Part shown: piece after piece, positions 56,295-64,000 of the stretch
Layout: the number at the start of each line of letters is the position of its first letter
Position numbering within the stretch: the first letter of the stretch is position 1
The notes under the pieces: model-generated
Told to the model about the DNA's origin: nothing
The model's input: only the letters and a program-made list of their open reading frames with translations
The model's database searches: none
Translations under genes and position numbers: made by a program
Origin: Eledone cirrhosa
Lineage: Eukaryota
Assembly: GCA_964016885.1 (NCBI GenBank)
Contig: OZ024742.1
Coordinates: forward strand, 51,832,001-51,896,000
Length of the DNA stretch: 64,000 nucleotides
Direction: 5' to 3'

Positions 56295-57497
56295 ACATAA
56301 TAATAATAAAGTATATATACCTTTATAATTAAATATAAAATGTAGTAGTATTGTATATTAGGGATTATATTATTACACATATGACATATCTACTATGACA
56401 TATTAACAGCTGTATGATCCTTCCTAACATATACCTTTTCCAGTAATGAATTGATAACAATTTAAAGAGACCTTTAATGTATGATGTATTTAAAATCAGG
56501 CATAAATATACAGCGTTAAGTAACAGAGATCCAATGGTATCATATTATATTGTGTATTAGAAAAACGAATTTTAATAACTGAATTGAACTTAATTAGCTA
56601 GTTACCTCCTCTTACTCATTAGCTCCTCTTATTCACTTCCGGAAATTAACGATTGAAAATTTAACGGTTGATCGAATATAGTCTATGAATATGAATTCAT
56701 TAAGACTAATTTACAATCCATTGCTCTAACTAACTTAAAACATTTAATATAAACATTAACTAAAATTTAATTCAACGTATGTCATGGAAAAGTCTCCAAA
56801 AACTGTATGTTTCTCAACACACATTAATTCGAGCACCATCAACATTCAACACCCACCATAGATTCTAATACATTAACATATTTGCTTAAAGTGCAATCTT
56901 TATTCATCTATATATGCATAATAGCTTTGCCTGTCTTCTCATGTATATGACTTACGCGGTTGCATTATCCACACGCCTGCACATGAATTATTATTGCCCT
57001 CTTCCTTTCTCAAAACTACTTCCTCAATGCCTCTGTAACTATCCCCTTGTTTTAACTGTTGCATGTATTCCACTCCGTGCTTTTGATTTTAATTTAATTT
57101 TTATTTTAATCCGAATTTGAACTTGAATGTTTGTACAATTATTGTATAATTCTCGTAAAATATATGTCACATCCATTCCACCCTGTAAATACGAAACTGT
57201 TGCTCACAACATCAATTTATATGTATCTATATTATTGTTCAGTTGAATAGGAGGTTAATTATATGTGCAAGCATTGATAATGCTCCGATGATCCCAAACG
57301 AGCGTTTGGAAGAAAGGATTGTCAGCTATTAAATGATTTGAACGCAACTTTGATAATTGTATAATTTATTTATTTTCCTGCTCTGTAAAACAACTGATGT
57401 TCATACTGGTAATAAGATAATAAGAAATTACTGACCTTCCTGTTTATAGTCGTTTACACTATATACATAACTATAAATAGTATTATTATTAGTATTA

Positions 57498-58167
57498 TCA
57501 TCATCATCACATCATCATCACTGTTTTACGTCCGTTCTTCCACGCTAGCATGGGTTAGACGGGTTGTCCTGTTGTGGGCAGTGTCTGGTCGGCTGACCAT
57601 GCCTTGCTCATACAGGAACTGATCTGGCTTGATTTCTACAGCTGGATGCCCTTCCTAACACCAACCTCATTTACAGTGAGTGCTGGGTGCTTTTTCGTGG
57701 CGCCTACACGTCCAGTTTACAGTGTGGGCTGGGTGCTTTTTTGCCATGGCACCTCCACGACCACCTTGCGGTGGGGGTGGGGGGCATATTGTTTATATGC
57801 TTCAGCATGTACCCATGGGAGGTCGGGTACCCTGTATTACTGCGTGACGCCAGAAGTCACGGTCGTGTGTCATTGACTTTGAGAGGTGTAGTTGGGTAAG
57901 GTCGGCTTTTATCACCTCATCCCAAGTCATCTTGGGTCTCCCCACTCCGCGGTTTCCATCAACTTCTAGTGCTCTGCACCTTTTTATGCAGCTGTCATCC
58001 TTCATACGCATCACATGTCCATACCAGCGTAACCGCCTCTCCTGCACGCAGCATTTGATTCCTCTTATGCTCAGTCTCTCTCTCAATTCCTTTATGCTTT
58101 GTCGTTCACGTATATTACTGTTACACATCCATCGGAGCATGCAGGCTTCGTTTCTCTCTAATCTACG

Positions 58168-58168
<1 letters not shown>
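57498..58168 (-). mobile_element. 3' end of an RTE LINE with (TGA)n tail
   Basis: ORF 57802..58254: EACMLRWMC...RRLRWYGHVMRM...RGVGRPKMTW...DRDFWR. Confidence 0.88.
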
Positions 58169-58216
<48 letters not shown>

Positions 58217-58220
<4 letters not shown>

Positions 58221-58964
58221 TAAACGGAATAGAAAATGCTGACAAATTGTTCACAGTTGAAAAATAGTTTAATTAGGAATAAAAGAGTATTAGTAATTGT
58301 ATGGGTTAGTATTCAGTTGTGGTTTTAAGTTTTTAAGTATTTACCGGTTGCGCATTTCTAAATGCTTTTCAAAAATAATTTTGAGATAGAGTGTCCGTAT
58401 TGTTTGCTCTGATCTGATTAGTTTTGGGAATTCTACCTGGTTTTATGTTTAAAAAGTGGCTCCAGCGCTGCTTTGGTGTTGCAAAAATTCTTGTGGTCAA
58501 AACAATTTTGATTGGTCGGTAGAGGTCATGTGAATGTAAAAAATTGATTTTGCGCGAAGACTGTTTTTATGTTAAAAAAGTGGCTCCAGCGCTACTTGGT
58601 GTTGCAAAAATTCTTGTGGTCAAAACAATTTTGATTAGTCGGTAGAGGTCATGTGAATGTAAAAAATTGATTTTGCGCCAAGACTGTTTTTATGTTAAAA
58701 AAGTGGCTCCAGCGCTACTTGGTGTTGCAAAAATTATTGTGGTCAAAACAATTTTGATTGGTCGGTAGAGGTCATGTGAATGTAAAAAATTGATTTTGCG
58801 CCAAGACTGAGAAATGACTCTTTCACAACAAATATGTATGTGTGTGTGTGTGTAGTAGTAGTAAAGTGTTCGATGTTGTGATAATGGTTAGCAGGGATGT
58901 GTGTGCGAACCGCAGCCTGTTGACAGTTCAAATGGCTATTAAGATAAGTGTGTGTGTGTGTGCG

Positions 58965-59041
<77 letters not shown>

Positions 59042-59193
59042 CAGAGCAATTCATGGTAGCAGGACATTCAGTAGGAATGTGTCTGTAAGCAGTGGGGGTA
59101 TTTTAGCATGTCAAAAGATATTTTTCAGCTTTTGTCTTATACGGAGAAGTGTGTGTGTGCGTGTCTCTTTGTATGTTAATGTACGCGTGTGTA

Positions 59194-59203
<10 letters not shown>
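58217..59203 (-). mobile_element. Second copy of the PLE4 pLTR, with three ~120-bp internal tandem units
   Basis: Direct repeat of 48989-49890; (TA)n on both flanks. Confidence 0.88.
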
Positions 59204-59250
<47 letters not shown>

Positions 59251-59633
59251 ATATCTATGTATATATATATGCTACTGCACATTTTATACTTGTTAATTAC
59301 TTTTTATGTATATATTTCAGATGCATTCTTTACTGATAATTACAAATTCTCCAAATTTTAATATATATTTACCGGAATTGGTGTGAGTTTCCTAATTTCA
59401 TTGGATTATTCATCCTCTGCTACGAAATACAATCGTATCTAGCATTTAGTATATAATGTTATTTTTTATTAATATTCATATGTATGTATTTGTATATACA
59501 GTGACCTAATGAATACAAGATGTGTGAAAATACATTACACTAAACGTGCATTTATATATGCTATCTAGTCAAAACACACACACACACACATGCATTCAAT
59601 ACATATATATAATATTTATATAATATATATATT

Positions 59634-59733
<100 letters not shown>

Positions 59734-59839
59734 TGTGTGTGTATACAAGATAAATGACTGAATACACACCTGCTTAGCTTTAAAAAGTTTGTTTGCGTTC
59801 CTTCCCCATTTCGCTATGTATCTTTTTATTTCATCTTTT

Positions 59840-59960
59840 ATTTCTTTTCCTATCTTCTGATGGATGAAAAATTTCTCCGAAAAATTTAGACTCTCTCCCT
59901 ACTATATCAAGCATTAAACTAATATATTTCTTCATTGTACTGAATCGTTTTCTTTGTTAT
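59840..59960 (+). repeat. Decayed copy of the 24239 HHR family
   Basis: tcttctgatgg...tccgaaa..ttagac...ctaatatattt aligns to the reverse complement of 24180-24275. Confidence 0.55.
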
Positions 59961-60137
59961 TTCTGATCAATGTTTACGTATATCTTCGATTGTAAATCCC
60001 AACCAGCACCTGCTAACCACGTGTCAGCCAGTTTTGAGGGCGACTGACCGAAATGAAAGCAGCTAGTTGGTCAGTCGTCTTCTCTGTCTCTGATTTTCGG
60101 ACCCATGGACTTTATATATTCCTTTGTTATATTTCGA

Positions 60138-60195
60138 ATACCTGATGATATCACCGGATTCATACGGAACCCGGTCATTGAAATGATCATAGTAT
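60138..60195 (+). ncRNA. Type I hammerhead ribozyme
   Basis: atac-CTGATGA-tatcaccgg...ccggtcatt-GAAA-tgatca-TA-gtat. Confidence 0.85.
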
Positions 60196-60399
60196 AATGA
60201 ACTTTTCAAGGATGTACACCAGTGCAGCCTCCTGTTATTTTATTTATAATAATTAACTCCGTATTAGAACCACCAACTACACAAACGAAGACGAGTGAAC
60301 TGTACTACGTTGAGTGCTCTCCATAATATTACGTCAAGATTGACCATACGGAATGACCAATTCTATCCAGTGGTGAACCAACTAACCTAAATAAATAAT

Positions 60400-60575
60400 T
60401 GTTTCTACTTTAGGCACAAGGCCAGCAATTATCCAGTGCATTACTGGTACTTTATTTTATCGACCCCGTAAGGATGAAAGGCAAAGTCAACCTCGGCGGG
60501 ATTTGAACTCAGATCGTAAAGGGACGTAACTATGCTGGAAAGCATGGCGTCCGACCCTCTACCGACACTGCCAAT
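60400..60575 (-). mobile_element. tRNA-derived SINE
   Basis: Same family as 54088; 13-bp TSD ctaaataaataat at 60387-60399 and 60576-60588. Confidence 0.9.
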
Positions 60576-62084
60576 CTAAATAAATAATGTTGAGCACTTC
60601 CAGATGTAATATTGAACAGCGGCACTGACTTCAGTGTACAGCTATTGCCAGCATGGGATTAACTGATCGACTTACGATTCGGATTTTGGCTGCTCTGTGC
60701 TTTGTCTACCGCCCACCCTATCAAATGCTGCATACATGTCGGGAATATTCGGATTTCGACAAAATTCTACGTATTATACTTAAGCATGTATTGTATTGAC
60801 TGAATTCTCTACTCTATACCTCAGGACTTTTTTGTGACTCACACTGAATTCGGAGACCCGAACTTTACACTAGGTACCACCTGATACTATTCCATCTCTT
60901 CTATCCTCTATATCTATATGTACAACCTTGTATTATTTTACTGCAACTTGATCTATTTTGTATTTTCCCTTTGCTTTGATTCCTCCGATATGTTCTTATA
61001 TATTTTCGTCTTACTACATTACTACCCTAGCTATGACGGCGTTTTATTTATGTATTTTACTTTTTACTTTTTACCTTATTAATGTATTTTTTATTTATTT
61101 ATTTTTTATTTTTTATCTTTGTATGTTTATCTTTGTATCCTGCTTTTATTTTTTTGTGATTTTCTGCTTATTATTCCTTACTCAGGTCATTATGCACCAT
61201 TCATAGCTCCCTACCCACCAAAGAACCACACTACTTAAAACCCGGACTAACTGAGACTTTAAAATAATTATAGTCTATTGGCACTTTTCATTGGCTTTTA
61301 CCACTTTCGACTGATGTGGTAGATTTCCAGGCTGTGCGCCGGGCGCTCGGAAAGTTCAGCCTTCCTTGAGTGCTTGGAAAAATAAATTTCACCTCTTTCG
61401 GTAAACGAAACTACTCGGAGCGGATCTATTTGCCCCGGGGCCCGCCGCACCGCCTGTTTTGACCGCCACATTATACTCATACCTATAAATTCTAGGCTTA
61501 GGCATAACTGTTAGCTGTATCATGCCTCCCTCTACTGGCACGTAAATAAACCCATCCTGTGTGAATTAATAGTATTCGTTTGGTATAGACGATGGCCTGT
61601 AGAAGCTGGTTGTCTTCCCGCTAATACACCCGAAGCCTATCACAGTTACGTTCCTAGAGTACTCGGAAAAATTAATTTCCATTTATTTCGCTAGACGATA
61701 GCACTCGAAACTGGCTGACACGTGGTTAGGAGGTGCTGGTTGGGATTTACAATCGAAGGCTTCTATCTTTACTCTATATCCCACCTTGATAACTTATCGA
61801 GATTCCCTATAATACACTTAAACTTTTTCATATAAGACTCTCCCTGTAATTTCATTAAATCAATCTCGCAACACAAACAAACCTTTAATTTTCTATTAAT
61901 TTTCTAATAATTTAATTTCATCCCATAACTCTTAACATAAGTTAACGTTCCAATTTTTTATTCACACATTAGACCATACAGTCACCCATATATATGCCTT
62001 TGTTAAAATATGGGTTCTTTAGAATAACATTTTTCGCGGCGTCTTCTAGCATTACTGTAGTGTGACCCGTACGCTGACTTTTCT

Positions 62085-62153
<69 letters not shown>

Positions 62154-62348
62154 TCTTTTTTTATTCTCTGACGGAGAGGTGGTAGTACATTATAAGCCTT
62201 CGCCCCTTCACCAGATGGTCATTAGTAGACCGACTTGCCATCACTTGAGGGCGACTGACCGAGGTGAAAGCAGCTAGTTGGTCAGTCGTCCTCTCTGTCT
62301 CTGATTTTCGGACCCATGGATTTTATATATTCCTTTGTTATATTTCGA

Positions 62349-62406
62349 ATACCTGATGATATCACCGGATTCATACGGAACCCGGTCATTGAAATGATCA
62401 TAGTAT
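62349..62406 (+). ncRNA. Type I hammerhead ribozyme, second copy
   Basis: Identical to 60138-60195. Confidence 0.85.
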
Positions 62407-62601
62407 AATAAACTTTTCAATGATTTAACCAGTCCAACCTCCTGATATTTTATTTATAATAATTAACTCCGTATTAGAACCACCAACTACACAAACGAAG
62501 ACGGGTGAACTGCACTACGTTGAGTACTCTCCATAATATTACATCAAGATTGACCATACGGAATGACCAATTCTATCCAGTGGTGAACCAACAAACCTAA
62601 A

Positions 62602-62633
<32 letters not shown>

Positions 62634-63427
62634 TATACAAATAAAATTATCGAGAATCGAAACTTCGGCCCACGAAATAACTAAAAACATTCTCTCCGAA
62701 ATGTGCGGCAAAGTGCTCAATGGTTCGGATGAACCAGAGCTATAACTAACGTTTAATACCAAACACACTGAGACGATGTTTAAACAATCATTCGCACAGC
62801 CAAAAAATACGATCAAGTAATTCGGGTCAAACAAATAAAAATATACATGATTGAAACATTTACCCGGACCCCCTGGAAAGGTGGTAAAACCCAGCATTTG
62901 GGTTTCTGCGACTCCGAAATCAGGTACCGTCCGCCTACATAAAAAATGTCCGGCTTCTGGTAAGATGATGAATTCGCTTTTTCAACAGGCTTTTAGTTCA
63001 GTAATACAGGGGAAGACTTTTACTGAATCCACGTGGGGATTAGCAAGGGAGGCAACCCCTATATTAGGCGAATGAATTCAGTTGTGTATATTATTGTAAG
63101 AATACAAAATATCACAAATCTAATTAGAGTTCTCAACAGACGGGTTAAAGTTAACATAAGCTATTCATCAGTCAATAGAATCAACTAAAAAATCAATAAA
63201 ATTAACTGATCAATAGGTAGAGTCTGGAGATAAATACAAATAAAATTATCGAGAATCGAAACTTCGGCCCAAGAAATAACGAAAACCAATCTCCGAAATG
63301 TGCGGCAAAGTGCTCAATGGTTCGGATGAACCAGAGCTATAACTAACGTTTAATACCAAACACACTGAGACGATGTTTAAACAATCATTCGCACAGCCAA
63401 AAAATACGATCAAGTAATTCGGGTCAT
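62634..63427. mobile_element. Non-coding element with ~195-bp terminal direct repeats, in (TA)n
   Basis: 62634-62829 is repeated at 63234-63426 (period about 600 bp). Confidence 0.8.
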
Positions 63428-64000
63428 ATATATATATATACATATAAGCCAATAAAATAATTACTATTGGACGAATGCTAAGATATCTTCGTTCGGGCGT
63501 CGATATAATTGGCTTTCCCTTCTCCACAACTCGTTGATTTTCTGCTTAAATATTTAGTAGTAGTAGTAGTAGTATGCGGATATTTTGCTCTTGTTTACTT
63601 AAACTAACTAAGACTTCAGCGAAAATTTAATTTTTAAGAGTCGAATACTGTAAATGTGTCGGTTAAATATGCAACCTTTCCGAAAGGAACAAAAATTATA
63701 TTATTATAAACTATATATAATATTGTTAGTATTAATTCGTTTTATGAAGCTAAAATACGTAGAAAATTCTACGTCTTCGCCGTTTTATGCGGTATGGAGG
63801 TTCAATGAAAAATTATATTGTGTGAAGTAATTAACCATTGTTAAGTAACAGAGAAGTATCCATTGTAAAGTATCTGTCAGAAATTTACACCAGCGTTTAT
63901 TCTTTTTGGGTCGTTACGTGAGTGCAGGATCATTGAATGCTACATATTATTGTCAATAAATTGTGAAGAAGAGACATGCTTTTGTTTTCCTTTTGTTGAT

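Larger units (their letters stand above)
60034..62605 (+). mobile_element. Non-coding LTR-like element: ~360-bp direct repeats each carrying an HHR
   Basis: 60034-60395 is repeated at 62245-62605; no credible ORF between them. Confidence 0.8.

Noticed and set aside
57330-57480. Possible small minus-strand host exons (AAG|gtcagt donor, ttttacag acceptor)
   Set aside because: The implied intron is only about 53 nt, the frame closes quickly and no protein is recognisable.
58440-58810. ~120-bp tandem repeats as a CRISPR-like array
   Set aside because: No unique spacers, eukaryotic context, and internal to a PLE pLTR.

Overview
Eukaryotic, AT-rich, microsatellite-dense animal DNA with no recognisable host gene. 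The SINE/LINE/(TA)n composition suggests a cephalopod such as Octopus (inference only). The window is almost entirely transposable elements. It holds four Penelope-like elements (PLEs; RT plus GIY-YIG, several with inverted pseudo-LTRs) plus one ancient remnant, five copies of L1/Tx1-type LINEs in two subfamilies, RTE and Dong/R4 LINE fragments, a deleted mariner, a Chapaev-like remnant and several tRNA-derived SINEs with target-site duplications. The main signal not shown by the ORF track is roughly 20 type-I hammerhead ribozyme (HHR) motifs, intact or degenerate, from about 10 unrelated sequence families. They lie in PLE pLTRs and also in small non-coding elements: tandem ~560-bp units, LTR-like direct repeats, perfect foldbacks and 'half-hammerhead' hairpins. 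Nearly all are inserted in (TA)n. This looks like a community of retrozyme-like, PLE-mobilised, self-cleaving and possibly circular RNAs, including a U3-A8 compensatory core variant. All motifs were read by eye; no activity is demonstrated.
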